A stretch of DNA of 64,000 nt from Octopus sinensis (taxonomy: Eukaryota): positions 189,782,001-189,846,000 of the forward strand of contig NC_042998.1 of NCBI RefSeq assembly GCF_006345805.1, read 5' to 3'. Position 1 is the stretch's first letter. The number at the start of each line of letters is the position of its first letter. Positions 26,550 to 40,247 of this stretch are shown piece after piece. The notes beneath the pieces were generated by a model that did no database searches, was not told the origin of the DNA, and was given only the letters and a program-made list of their open reading frames with translations. A program made the translations under genes and the position numbers.

Positions 26550-27601
26550 ATCATAACTAGAACTAAATTAACCAATATATCCATTTCCTTTTCAAAAAGT
26601 AGGGTGTGATTTGAAGGAGATTTTCGCTGTTATTTCTACCAAGTTCAGTGAGAACGCAATCTCCCTCATTGGTTAGTTAATGATGTATTTTGTTTATATC
26701 GTAGTAAAGCTGATATTTTCTAAAAATTATCATCACACATGATATAAGTACTTTTGTAAGAGATTCTCGGTATTCTAAAATAATACCCTACTGAAAGACA
26801 TGCATGTAATAATCAATAGTGTTTTAATCAATTTAGAGAATGATATCACCTATTAAAGAAATTATGTATATTTAATTCATACACAATAACTCTAATGTTC
26901 AGCAGATTTGTAAAACTGTAAATATTTGAATATGGATTAAACAGAAATGTCAATAGCTACCAAGATTCTATAAATTATTGATGACTTATAATAATAAATG
27001 AGATTCGGAAGAACTGAAGTGTATTTTTCCAAATCTTTTAGTTCGACAAAGAACTTCATTATTCGGACAAAGCATTTTAAATTGACAAGTTTTCTTGATG
27101 TCCACGACAGATCTGGCATCGTCTACCAAGGGAAATCAATGAAGTGATTTTCATACGAGAAAAAAGAAGAACGTAAAAAAAAAAACAAGAAAAAGAAACG
27201 CAGGGTTGGAAAGAGAACAAAGAAAATTCCTTCAAAATTAAGGAAACAAAAAATAAATGAAACACGAAGATGTAGTGTGGAATCCAATACTAAAAATAAA
27301 GAATGTGCTCCGAATAAAAAGGGTGATGTGAAATTGTGGGAAAACTACTCTCACAATAATAAAGCAAGGAGAAATAATAGAATAGACGTCTCGAGATGAA
27401 ATATATAAAGAAGATGAGAAAAACTTTCGCAGCGATACACATAAAAACACAGTCATGCATATGATCCATATACATGAATACATTCAGTCATTGTCATCTG
27501 TACGCATATGCACATTGATATATATACATATATATATAATATATATATATATATATAGATATATATATTATATATATATATATATATAGATATATATATA
27601 T

Positions 27602-27648
<47 letters not shown>

Positions 27649-27728
27649 TATATATATATGTATGTATGTATGTATGTATATATGTATGTATGTATATATA
27701 TATGTTTGTATTATAATATATATATATA

Positions 27729-27788
<60 letters not shown>

Positions 27789-28013
27789 GTATGTGTATTC
27801 TTGTGCTTTTGTTCGTAAGAACGAGGCTTTCAAACACAGGATAAAGTACTCAATACTTCAAGAAGTGGTGTGTGTTATTTTATTAATGATAAACCTACAG
27901 AGTTGATCCCGTTTGATCCTTGGCAATCATAATCACACACGCACATACACACACACACACATACATATATATGTGTGTGTAAGTGTGTATGTTTGAGTAT
28001 ATATATATATATA

Positions 28014-28105
<92 letters not shown>

Positions 28106-28876
28106 ATATATACATACATACATACGTATATATATATATATAATATACATGCGTACATAATATGTTTGTATGTGTTGCCGTATGTGTACGTGTAAGCGTA
28201 TGTATGCATATATAGAAGTAATTGTATACGCTTGTCCTAATGAGCAATGTACAGAAGCTACGTCAGCCAGTTTAAAGAGGACCAATATAAAACAATTGGT
28301 GTGATAACTGATGCTTCGGCAGATGGAAATAAGGAAGCTTGCGGTTGTTCCGAACAACACATTATAATTTACACACTGCACGAGAAATCGAATTAACGCC
28401 GTGACAATGCGGTTTCATTGTGGTTTGACCTAGGATTTAATTCGTGTCTAATAAATCATGGAGAGATGTCAAGATTCCAACTGTTGTCTACGATACTATC
28501 AAAGTTGTCGCTAAGAACTGAAGCATTGACTACAACCAGAATTGAGAATATTTCAGAGACGTATTCCCCTGAGGAAATTCTCCATTACTATCCTTTATTC
28601 TGAAGAACGATCTTTACAATTGACAGGAAATCTTAAAATATGGTCAGGAGTGAAATAGTTTTCATCGCAAATTGTCACAGTTGAAATTGTTTTTGTTAAG
28701 ATAAGTGTAACTTATTCAGTGGGTCTCTGAGTGCCAGTATATCTACATTTGTCCGAATGTTTCATGTATGTATGTATGTATGTATGTATGTATGTATGTA
28801 TGTATGTATGTATGTATGTATGTATATATGTATGTATGTATGTATGTATATATATATATATATATATCTATATATA

Positions 28877-28917
<41 letters not shown>

Positions 28918-28918
<1 letters not shown>

Positions 28919-29213
28919 GAGGATACATGGCCGAGTGGTTGGGATGTTGGACTCACGATCGCAAGATATGGTTTCAATTCCTAGACTGAGTGGTGCATTG
29001 TGTTCTTGAGCAAACCCCTTCATCTCGCGTTGCTCTCCGATCATTTCGACACCTGACGCATGGTAATCAGTGCACCCGTTCAGACAACGTCGATTTGATT
29101 AAAAGTTTGAGCTAATGTGCAGCACGAACATTTGATCACTATAAACAATTTATTTGTGCAGGTCGTTCGGCAAGAACTGTGCGCTCATCCGTCACCTTCG
29201 ACGGGAGAGTCCA
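28918..29213 (+). mobile_element. tRNA-derived SINE, degenerate
   Basis: tggccgagtggttgg..tggtttcaattcc..ttgtgttcttgagcaaa..tail gtcaccttcgacgggagagtccact. Confidence 0.75.
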
Positions 29214-29509
29214 CTATATATATATATATATATATCCCGCTGCGTGGCATCTCGTGTAATTATCAGTTTCAATCAACGCTCAATAATTATGAGGGATATT
29301 GGGTAGACTGAAGCGGCACAGAAGGCCGTTGGGTGAATTGTATCTGCAGTTCAGGACTGGGCAGATCGAACCCGTTCAGTAGGTGGAACAACTGAATTCT
29401 TATCGTCGAACGAAGATGATCCATCAATACCGTCATACATACATACACATACACGCACACACACATATATATACATACATACATACATACATATATATAT
29501 ATATGTATA

Positions 29510-29543
<34 letters not shown>

Positions 29544-30255
29544 ATATATATATATATATACATATATACACGTTTTGTGTGTGGATGGGTGCGCGCGCGT
29601 TTATGTGCTTCTTTGTGTATCTGTGTGTGTGTGTGTGTGCGTGTGAAAATGCATATGTGAATATTATACATGCATTGATGAAAGCAACTTCGGCTTCAAA
29701 AATTGTATAGACCTTCCCAGTTAACACACCCATGTAGAGAGCGAGCTAACAGGCTTAATGCTCTGAACCAAGAAATTTCAATTAATTAAATTTACATCCT
29801 TAATGAAGAGAAAAAAATTCTTATATTAATGCCTAATTGTAATCAAGTATTGTAGGAGAGAGAACATCGGAATTTAAACTATTTCAAATTAATTGAAACT
29901 AAAATGCAATGCAAGACGAAACTTGGCTGTGTGAGTGTGGTGGGAACTTCGGACATAGTTCAGTTCCAGATAACATGCACAGCCAAGGTAGACCTCTGTA
30001 CATATGTACGCAGTACAATCTACTATGTGAATAGTTTTTTCCTAATACATACTATTAAAAAAATATTAGCGACAACTTTATGTTATTAGCGAAAAAATTG
30101 CCAAAGGAATCAAAACTAAATTAAGTATGAATTATATAGGAACTTTTGATGATATACACTACTAAATTTACTGGAAAAACAAAACAAAGCAAAAAAGAAA
30201 AAAAGGAACGAGCGAACGAAAGAGGTTGTGTTTAGTGAAGAGATAACAAAAAGCT

Positions 30256-30456
30256 TACTCTTTACTCTTTTACTTGTTTCAGTCATTTGATTGCGGCCAT
30301 GCTGGAGCACCACCTTTAGTCGAGCAAATCGACCCCAGGACTTATTTCTATCGGGCTCTTTTGCCGAACCGCTATGTGACGACGACGTAAACACACTAGC
30401 ATCGGTTGTCAAGCAATGCTAGGGGGACAAACACAGACACACAAACATATGCACAC

Positions 30457-30513
<57 letters not shown>

Positions 30514-30839
30514 TTGGCCTGCTCGCTTAGCCAGCGGGGTGGCGTCATTAAAAGGCTAAAACAATGTAAACGCATTGTGACCAGCGGTGTGTAACAACAT
30601 CTGATGGTCTAGTCGGTCACGTGATATCACGTGATCACGTGATATACATATATATATAAATATATATATATACATATATGACGGGCTTCTTTCAGTATCC
30701 GTCTACCAAATCCACTCACAAGGTTTGGTCGGCCCGAGGCTATAGTAGAAGACACTTGCCCAAGGTGCTATGTAGTGGGACTGAACCCGGAACCATGTGG
30801 TTGGTAAGCAAGCTACTTACCACACAGCCACTCCTGCGC
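30256..30839 (-). mobile_element. OR-type SINE, full length, interrupted in its (TA)n by an opposite-strand insert
   Basis: Reverse complement of 5291-5715 family. Confidence 0.9.
30514..30645 (+). mobile_element. 5'-truncated SINE/LINE tail ending in (CACGTGAT)n
   Basis: Matches tail of the 44012-44250 SINE. Confidence 0.8.
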
Positions 30840-30959
30840 TTGCTAGACTATTTTTTTCCTCTCGAGCTTTTGAACTCAAAAGCCGGTTACTCGGTTTCTA
30901 TGGCGAATAAGTGACCGAAATCACAATATTTCTCTTAAAAACGGACACCAGTCCCTCGC

Positions 30960-31141
30960 AGGGTTTAAGGGGAGCAACTTTGAGGGAAAGGGTCAAGTCG
31001 ATTACGTCGAACCCAGTACTTGATTGGTGCATTTTATCAACTCCAAAGTGACCAGAGGCAAAGTTGACCTTAGCGGGTTTGAACACAAGAACGTAAGGAA
31101 CCGCTAATCACTTTGTCCGGCGTGCTAACGATTCTACCTAC
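30960..31141 (-). mobile_element. Degenerate SINE of the 38052/61024 family
   Basis: aagtcgattacgtcgaacccagtac..ggcaaagttgacc..ccggcgtgctaacg. Confidence 0.75.
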
Positions 31142-31949
31142 CCGGGAGAAATGCTTGTATTATGAATCTAAATGAGAAAACCATTATAGTAAAATGCCAA
31201 TTACTATATGTTCTCTCTCCTACAAAACTACAATCACAATTAGACATTAATTAAAGGACTTTTTCCTATATCCTAACGTTTATATTATTAAAAGCATCAT
31301 TAATACTGGAATCATAATTCCTAATAATAATATTCTAGTGCTACAAATTATTGTAAATGATATTCTGTCGCCTCTTCGGAGCAATGAAAACTATAAATAG
31401 CTCAGAATGCATATAACTGTCTACAATACATTTCGAGTGTCATTTCATATCTTTTAATTCCCAACACACCAAAAAATTTCTTTCATATTAGTTGAACAGT
31501 TTCCTTTTCCGGTTTTCTCATTTTCACTTTCACTCTGTCTCGTTAATCTAAAACAATTATTTGGGTTACTTATATCCATATTAACAGTAGATATACTTAA
31601 TCTGTAATTATTGCGTTGTCAGCGAGTACCGAGAATTGTAATCAAAAGCACCGGTCCGTCTGTCTTTTGGACACTGCGTATCTAGAACTATATTTTGTAA
31701 TGTGTCATACCCATTACAAGACAAAAGGGTATATAACTTAATGGACATTAAGCTGCTTTTTCTAGCAGGTTGGACCTTTTAACACTACTCTTATTCAATA
31801 AAGTAGCATGATGATTATAGCTAAATGTTTAGAGCTCCACTCACAAGTTGCTCTTAGCTTTTTGAGGATGTTTCTTTGTTACGCTATTTCTCTATTAATA
31901 TACATCTAAATCCTTCATCAGTCAGACTTGGCTAAGTATATGCGTAAGA

Positions 31950-32400
31950 AAAGTTTCCGTCCAGGGCGCAAGCCTAGTGCCCTCTTTCATCATCCCTGGA
32001 ACGATAAAAGATACAAAAATATCGATGGCTGTCCAAATTCAGAAGGTGCCGCCACATTCTAAAATGAGCTAGCTCTCATTTATTATGGTCAGATAAAAAC
32101 AATATGAAATTTAATGCATAAAAAATTCAGGTTTTTTGTTACGGAAGAAATACAAATAAATGTTACTTATTTGACATCAGATAACACAATCATTCAGAGT
32201 GCTAATGACATACGGGACTTAAAAGTAATCGTGAGAAATGATTCATTTTTCATCAGCCACATCATGAAACTGACTTCTAAATGTAGACATCCCATAGGAT
32301 GGATCATATGAACCTGCTTGACAAGAGAATCGGTAGTTATGCTGACTCTATGGAAAACAATTGTGTCTGTTAAATAATATTTATCTCTCACCAGATGGAG
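31950..32400 (+). mobile_element. CR1/L2-group LINE RT C-terminal fragment
   Basis: [51 protein letters not shown]. Confidence 0.7.
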
Positions 32401-32464
32401 TACTCCTTTTGTTGACCTTACCATTACGGAAGAGTACATTATACACACACACACGCATACATAC

Positions 32465-32570
<106 letters not shown>

Positions 32571-32597
32571 GATATATATATATAATATATATATATA

Positions 32598-32629
<32 letters not shown>

Positions 32630-32688
32630 GTTGAGTACAGAAATACGGGGTGAGTACTTAACACATGTCCTTGTGGAAGCTGTTGTGC

Positions 32689-32766
32689 GCGGCTGAAGAA
32701 GGCCACAGACATACATTATGCATTGTTATAAATCTGTCTAATAAAGGCCCGAAACATATGTACCGC
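32689..32766 (+). ncRNA. Type I hammerhead ribozyme motif, intact core, in a TA-flanked Penelope-like fragment (32630-32800)
   Basis: GCGG-CTGAAGA-aGGCC(acaga..tctgt)GGCCc-GAAA-CATATG-TA-CCGC; stem I 4 bp, palindromic CATATG stem III. Confidence 0.75.
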
Positions 32767-32892
32767 TGAATCCTTGGCATCATGTTTTTATTTTGATCAA
32801 TATATATATATATATATATATAAGAGTTAACGCATGAGACTCTCGGACCTTGAGTCACTCTGTTTCTTCAGGTAAATATTAATAAAAATATA

Positions 32893-33413
32893 CAGGGTGT
32901 CCCAAAATTAAGGCAACCGTTTCGGATTTAATAACTATCAATAAATATCATCTTCACCTTGACCGACCAGTCCGTCGGGTGTCCATTTGACACCGGTGGT
33001 CACAGCACGCTGTCCACTCCTCGCTGGATCGCGCCTTTCTCATCCACGTGATCCCAATCGTCCTCCTGAAATATAAGATATGAAAATTACATATCATTAT
33101 AAAAGCCTAGTGTGTGTGTGTATTTTCTTTTGTGTGCCAGACTAAATAAATTCAGATTTATAAATTAGTTAATGACTATAGACCGAGATACAGTCATAAC
33201 CCTCCACAAAGGAGGCGAAAGGAATATAGTTATAGCAAAAAAAGCTGAAAATTAACCGAACAACAATCTGGAATATTGTCAAGACATTTCCAGAGACTGG
33301 TTCCACCGCTGATTTACCTGGACGTGGCTGAAAAATAAGCTTATCAAAAGTATCAGAGAAAAGATATGGCGAACTCCACGTCGTTTCGTCAGAAAACTGG
33401 CTGCCACTGCAAA
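32893..33413 (+). mobile_element. Tc1-like transposon 5' fragment (TIR plus HTH coding region)
   Basis: TA|cagggtgtcccaaaa TIR; RDTVITLHKGGERNIVIAKK..INRTTIWNIVKTFPETGSTADLPGRG..IKSIREKIWRTPRRFVRKLA paired-type HTH. Confidence 0.8.
32945..33075 (-). mobile_element. Possible RTE LINE 3' tip inserted in the Tc1 5' UTR
   Basis: Minus translation TWMRKARSSEEWTACC followed by tga-type tail. Confidence 0.35.
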
Positions 33414-34330
33414 ATTTTTTGTGGAGAGGTAAAAGTGGTAACAAGAATAGGACAGCGATAACAAAACAAGACAGTAAAAACAATAAAAGTAAAAACAGTA
33501 AAAGACAGAACAATGAGAATAACACAGTAATAACAAACGATAGAGCTGTTAAGCCAAGACGATGGAAAATTATTTTGAACGCTTGAGGAGACAGCTTTTG
33601 AGAGGGACAGGATAAGCGGTCTTGACTTGGTGAAGATAGCAGTTGGAAAGATGACGTCCCTCTGGTCACGTGTCAGTGATGAGAGAGTCGAGGAGGAGGA
33701 GTAAGAGAGAGGGAATAGTGAAGGGAAGAGGAGAAGAATAGGGAAGGGTGGAATGATGCCGAGTCCAGTTGGAAGCTCCAACGTGAACCTTGAAAGGGCT
33801 CATGTGCCCTTTCAAAAGCTGTCCCTCTCAAAAGCTGTCTCCTCAAGCGTTCAAAATAATTTTCCATCGTCTTGGTTTAACAGCCCTATCGTTTGTTATT
33901 ACTGTGTTATTCTCATTGTTCTGTCTTTTACTGTTTTTACTTTTATTGTTTTTACTGTCTTGTTTTGTTATCGCTGTCCTATTCTTGTTACCACTTTTAC
34001 CTCTCCACAAAAAATCCCAAATTTCATTTAATATGCTTTGCGGGAAGAACTGTTTCCATGAAGTCGCGTCTTGTCCTTACCTTCGAACGCGGAGTAGACG
34101 AAACATGAACAACTGAAGAAGGGGAATATTCCTTGTGTTCTATGTCTTGTACTCTGTGTTTTCGTTGTTTGAAAAATAGTTCATTTCTCTGTTTTTGTTT
34201 TTATGTTTTCGTTTCTCATTGTGTTCTACGTTTTCTTGATGTCCTGTATGTATATATGATGTATGCATGTATATATATACATATATATGTAGGTATGTAC
34301 ATATGTGCATGTTTATATGCATGTATTTAT
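33414..34330. mobile_element. Rearranged copy of the 22070 family with 197-bp inverted duplication
   Basis: Arms 33414-33610 and 33819-34015 (two mismatches seen), spacer 208 bp; right part continues as the minus-strand family copy. Confidence 0.85.
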
Positions 34331-34987
34331 ATTATTATTTATATTATTATATGATCGAACGCCACGCATCCTTTTCCAAGTAAGTTTCATATATATAAAA
34401 TTCAAAATGGGACAAGAACGCAAAACATCCAGATAAACGATACCAAAAACACGGACAGGTCATTCGAAGCCTTTAATCTTCAGTCAAGAACCGGATCATC
34501 CTCGCAATTTCGGCTGATTAATCTTAAGATTGCTCCAATCTGGTGAGCCCCGAGGAAAGACTAAGCTAAGAGCATTAGATTCCTTGGAAAAGGGATCGAA
34601 TGTATACAAAACAAGGACAGAAAAACGGACGATGTTACACGATATATACATATGTATTAAAAGGCCATATTTATATTCAACTAAACGCGGATTTCTTGTT
34701 AGGACACCGTGTCCTGCATCATTAGCTTTGACAGATCCTCTCATATAGGAGCATAGGGCCTATTTACGGTTTGCGATTGTTTTTATGCGCCATGCGTCAA
34801 TATTAGAAGATATTCGAATGATAATAGCATAATATTCGACGTTCTAACAATACATCCACATGAAAATGAATATAAAGGTTGCTTTTTGGTATTAATAGTG
34901 CTTTTATCGCTAATGATTAATAGTTATGTATGGTTTATTGTGAGAGGGTGATAATTAAAAAAAAAATTCTGTTTCAATTTATATTAT

Positions 34988-35372
34988 ACTAGCAGTATCG
35001 CCCGGCGTTGCTCGGGTTCGCTTCGACCCTTTAGAATTGGAATTTTTAAAAAGTAAAAATTTTACATTATGCACCTTGTTATTCTCTTTAAGTGAACATT
35101 TTTCTGGTTGAAATACACCGAAAAATGGCGACACAGCAGTCAAAAACTCGTAAAAAATAGGGATTTTCATAAAAAAAGCACCTTTTTGATGTAAATAATT
35201 TTTGGTGTTAACATGGTCCGATTTAAATTTTTCTTCTACGGAAGGAAGAACAAGCCTTCTTCTATCTCAATTTTGGTCAACTTGTGCCGCAGTATCTTGG
35301 AGGAGATAGTGTTAGTTGAAGGCTACCAAACCTGCCACACACAGACAACTTCAGCTTTATATATATAGAGAT
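34988..35372 (+). mobile_element. Helentron/HINE-like element, second subfamily
   Basis: Same termini as 26153-26549 (actagcagtatcgcccggcgttgctcggg ... acagacaacttcagctttatatatatagagat) with a different interior. Confidence 0.7.
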
Positions 35373-35489
35373 TATATTATACATATTATATTATATTACA
35401 TTATACGTGTAACTAATAGAATGGTTTAATGTTTAGCAATGGAGGATGCTTATATTTTGCAAGCAGCTAAATTTTCCGTGTGAAGTGTG

Positions 35490-35906
35490 TACTCTTACTC
35501 TTTACTCTTTTACTCTTTTACTTGTTTCAGTCATTTGACTGCGGCCATGCTGGAGCACCGCCTTTTAATAGAGCAAATCGACCCCGGGACTTATTCTTTT
35601 GTAAGCCCAGTACTTATTCTATCGGTCTCTTTTGCCGAACCACTAAGTAACGGGGACATAAACACCCCAGTATCGGTTGTCAAGCAATGCTAGGGGGACA
35701 AACACAGACACACAAACACGCGCACGCATATATATATGTACATATATACGACGGGCTTCTTTCAGTTTCCGTCTACCAAATCCACTCACAAGGCTTTGGT
35801 CGGCCCGAGGCTATAGTAGAAGACACTTGCCCAAGGTGCCATGCAGTGAGACTGAACCCGGAACCATGTGGTTGGTAAACAAGCTACTTACCACACAGCC
35901 ACTCCT
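35490..35906 (-). mobile_element. OR-type SINE, full length, young
   Basis: Near-identical reverse complement of 5291-5715. Confidence 0.92.
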
Positions 35907-36218
35907 ATGAAATAAAATATACATAATTTTTTTTAAAAGCCCATCAAACAGGGACACATAAAACATAATTATTCGCTTATTGGTAGTGTAGATATATTTG
36001 ATATAATAGTGCAAATTTATTTCCCACGCTAACGGATTAATGTCAATAGATGCCAGGAATGAAAATTGAGCTTAATTCAAACGAAACAAACAAAGGGAAA
36101 AATAATATGGGTGAAATTTATTATCATCTTTGAAGGACGAGAGGGGGAAGAAATAAATAAATAAAACGACGACGAGACAGCGAAGAAGAAGACAGCAAAA
36201 AAGAAAAGGAAGAATTTT

Positions 36219-36224
<6 letters not shown>

Positions 36225-36252
<28 letters not shown>

Positions 36253-36428
36253 CAGCAGACGAAGAAGAAGAAGAAGAAGAAGAAGCAAATGCTAAAAAGA
36301 AATAGAAGACTAAGACAACGATGATGATGACCAAGAGAACGAATAATAATAATAATAATAATAACAATAATAATAATAATAATAATAATAATAGTAATAA
36401 TAACAACAACAATAATAATAATAATAAC

Positions 36429-36502
<74 letters not shown>

Positions 36503-36611
36503 CAATAATAATAATAATAATAATAATAAAAACAATAATAATAATAATAGTAATAGTAATAATAACAACAACAACAGCAATAATAATAATAATAATAACA
36601 ATAACAATAAC

Positions 36612-36673
<62 letters not shown>

Positions 36674-36700
36674 GAAGAAGAAGAATAAGAAGAAGAAGAA
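36225..36700. repeat. Long compound trinucleotide array (TAG/GAA/AAT with AAC interruptions)
   Basis: Visible; source of poly-N/poly-I/poly-L ORFs. Confidence 0.98.
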
Positions 36701-36901
36701 AGAGAAGTGTAGAGAGAAGCAGCGGTTGCAAACGAAAGAAGTATAGTATAGAGAACTATAAGAAAGAATTGTTTTGTTGCAATTGAATAGAAGAGACATT
36801 ACACAGACCATATTTCTTTTACCAACCCATCTAATCTCTTTCACAGAAGAAACTAAATCGAGTTATTAATTGTAACTGTGGGACATTACACACAAACACA
36901 A

Positions 36902-36974
<73 letters not shown>

Positions 36975-37122
36975 TGTATGTATGTATGCGTGTATATAAA
37001 CTGAGGTGAGATGGGCTCCACCAGGTCTCAAAATGCACAAGACAAGCAGGCGCCGGCTTCCTCCTCATCAGAGTCGAGGGCCCAAGGCAATGCATATGCA
37101 TACATATATACTTACATGCATG

Positions 37123-37173
<51 letters not shown>

Positions 37174-38051
37174 TGTATGTATATGCATATATGTATGTAT
37201 ATGCATATACATACACACATACATACATATATATGAGTATGTGTGTAAATATATGAATATGTGCGTGTGCACAAAAAATATGAGAAAGAAAGGGAAAACT
37301 TAAAATTTCCTATGACACCCTATGAAAATGCCCTCTTGCACTTTAATCTAATGTCGCAGACCACCCATCTGGAGCATTCGATAACCAGGGTAGAACAAAC
37401 TCCATTAATTTACTGACACATAGTTAGAGACTCAACATTGAAGACGTTGTTCCAGAATGGCCACAATCACGGCTGTAACAAATCAAAATTTTAATAAAAA
37501 TTTATTCTGGACCTTTAGTGCGTCTTTAGCCTTCATGGCTAAAACAAACGAAAGAGCTACTGCTGAGAAATAGAAGTAGAAAGTTACAACTTCGATCTTA
37601 GATCATTTTTTAATCTGTTTAATGTCGAGTTGAACCAACTCTTGCAATATATTTTTTCCCACTAAACTGGTCATCAAAACTCCCCGTCCAATTGCTACCT
37701 GACTTGTAGAAAGACACGATTACGCGTCAACTCTGTTGCAGTTCTTCAAGTCAGACCGGAAATCTGAAAATAACTTCCACACTACTAGTTTCAGAAGCTT
37801 TGAAAATGGCCATCGGCATAACTTTGTTTTCCATCTACGTAAAAAAAAGAAAAAAACAAAATATTAAGAATGGTACCTCCTAAGACATCATTTTTCCTAA
37901 TATCTTTCTCTGATATATATATTTACCATCACCATTGCGTCTCTGTACCTTCATAAACACTCTTTCGTTATGCTTTTAATTCTCTCTTCTACTCCTCGCT
38001 CTCTGTTTCAAGTCAGTTTTATTGTTTTGATGTTTCTGTTTTAAATACCTA

Positions 38052-38280
38052 TTTCTTTACTATCCACAAGGGGCTAAACATAGAGGGGACAAACAAGGAC
38101 AGACAAAGGGATTAAGTCGATTATATCGACCCCAGTGCGTAACTGGTACTTATTTAATCGACCCCGAAAGGATGAAAGGCAAAGTAGACCTCGGCGGAAT
38201 TTGAACTCAGAACGTAACGGCAGACGAAATACGGCTACGCATTTCGCCCGGCGTGCTAACGTTTCTGCCAGCTCGCTGCC
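38052..38280 (-). mobile_element. tRNA-derived SINE (second family) with 13-bp TSD
   Basis: Head ggcagcgagctggcagaaacgttagcacgccgg; tctgttttaaata at 38036-38048 and 38281-38293. Confidence 0.9.
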
Positions 38281-38333
38281 TCTGTTTTAAATATATTCTC
38301 TCTTGATACTAAAACACACACTTGGACATATTG

Positions 38334-38615
38334 TGGAGGCACATGGCCTAATAGTTAGAGCAGCGGAATCGCGGTCGAGGGATCTCGGGTTCGAATCTCA
38401 GACCGGACGATGTGTGTGTTTATGAGCGAAACACCTAAGCTCCACGCGACTCCAGCTGACTCTTTCGCCACAACTTTCTCTCACTCTTTCCTCTGCATCT
38501 TGCAGCTCACCTGCGATGGACCGGCGTCCCGTCCAAGTGGGGAACCTATACGCCAAGAAACCGGGAAACCGGCCCTTATGAGCCAGGCATGGCTCGAGAA
38601 GGAACAAGCAACAAC
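38334..38615 (+). mobile_element. tRNA-derived SINE (third family)
   Basis: tggcctaatagttagagc..gggttcgaatctc..gagcgaaacacctaagctccacg..ctttcgccacaactttctctcactcttt..cctgcgatggaccggcgtcc..(aac)n tail. Confidence 0.88.
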
Positions 38616-38782
38616 TTGGACATATTACGTAACGCTCAATTAGTGACATTAAGAAGTAGTGCTCATCATCGTTTTGTTTGTTTCTTTATTTCTCTTTCTT
38701 CTTCTGTTGTACCTTTGTTTTTAGCTAATAGTTTAAAATTAGATACATCCTCTGTTCAACTTAAATATCTCAAGTAACATAT

Positions 38783-38990
38783 TACTCTTTTACTCTTTTA
38801 CTTGTTTCAGTCATTTGACTGTGGCCATGCTGGAACACCTCCTTTAGTCGAGCAAATCGGCCCCAGGACTTATTCTTTGTAAGCCTAGTACTTATTCTAT
38901 CGGTATCTTTTGCCGAACCGCTAAGTTACGGGGACGTAAACACACCAGCATCGGTTGTCAAGTGATGTTGGGGGGACAAACACAGACACA

Positions 38991-39042
<52 letters not shown>

Positions 39043-39210
39043 CATATACACGACGGTCTTCTTTCAGTTTCCGCCTACCAAATCTACTCACAAGGTTTTG
39101 GTCGGCCCGAGGCTATAGTAGAAGACACTTGCCCAAGGTGCCACGCAGTGAGACTGAACTCGGAACCATGTGGTTTGTAAGCAAGCTACTTACCACACAG
39201 CCACTCCTGC
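38783..39210 (-). mobile_element. OR-type SINE, full length
   Basis: Reverse complement of 5291-5715 family. Confidence 0.92.
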
Positions 39211-39892
39211 ACCTATATTAAAGAAAAGATTTACCCCTCATTAAGCACTATTTCCTAAATAGACATGGATTCATAAGCTTTTGTACAATGTAAATGTTAG
39301 TTAAACTAATCTAGCTTCTAACATCGCACGCTGCAATATAAAAAAAAATCTTCCTACGCATTCTGTATTCCAGACATCCACTCACCTGAGCCTGCTGAAC
39401 TCACTTCGCTTGTTCACTTAGGGATATCTGATTTTTTCAAAGCGTTGGCTTACAAGGCGACCCACATCCGACCTGGGGTTATCTCAAAGAAACACGCGGG
39501 ACTTACACCAAACAGCTTGAAGGGAGGGTGCACGCTACCTTCTTATTTGGTTTTACCAGGAAACTACGGGAATAAAGAAATTACTTGCTCAGCAAAAGAT
39601 GCTGCATATTCGGTAAGAAACCTCAGTATTCACTGTGTCAAGTCAGGTCAAGAAATTCCTGCTGTTGGTACTATATAACCCAGTACTACGAGTTTCATGG
39701 TTAGGTGGTCAGCCAGTGAACGGGTTCCATTACCTAGCTAACCATGTGAGGAGGGCGTTGGGAACACATTGTAATATTAAAAACAAGGGGCATGTCAAAG
39801 GATGTCAAACATCCATACGAAGGTACTTACATATACATAAGTACATAGATACATACATGTATATGTATATACGTGTATATATATACAAGCAC

Positions 39893-39941
<49 letters not shown>

Positions 39942-40163
39942 ATAAGAGGGAACAAAAAGGTGAAGATGTATTTACATACACACACACAACGCACATATGT
40001 ATGTCTATATGGAAATAAAACCTCTTCACCGATTGTCCCCTCTTTTAAGCTCCTTGTTTTTATGTGTTCATGTGTGTGTAAGTATCTATCTATGTATCTC
40101 ACCCTCTCCCTCTCTCTATCTCACTCTATCATCCACTCCCCCTTCTCTCTATCTCTATATATG

Positions 40164-40247
<84 letters not shown>

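Noticed and set aside
34070-34140. GAA..CTGAAGA arrangement suggesting a type II hammerhead (also 22240-22300 minus)
   Set aside because: Stems I and III cannot be formed consistently in either copy
36321-36746. 141-aa poly-Asn ORF as a prion-like protein
   Set aside because: Pure (AAT)n array with no unique sequence or splice context
37001-37092. C/D-box snoRNA (TGATGA on the minus strand)
   Set aside because: No terminal CTGA D box or closing stem in the right order
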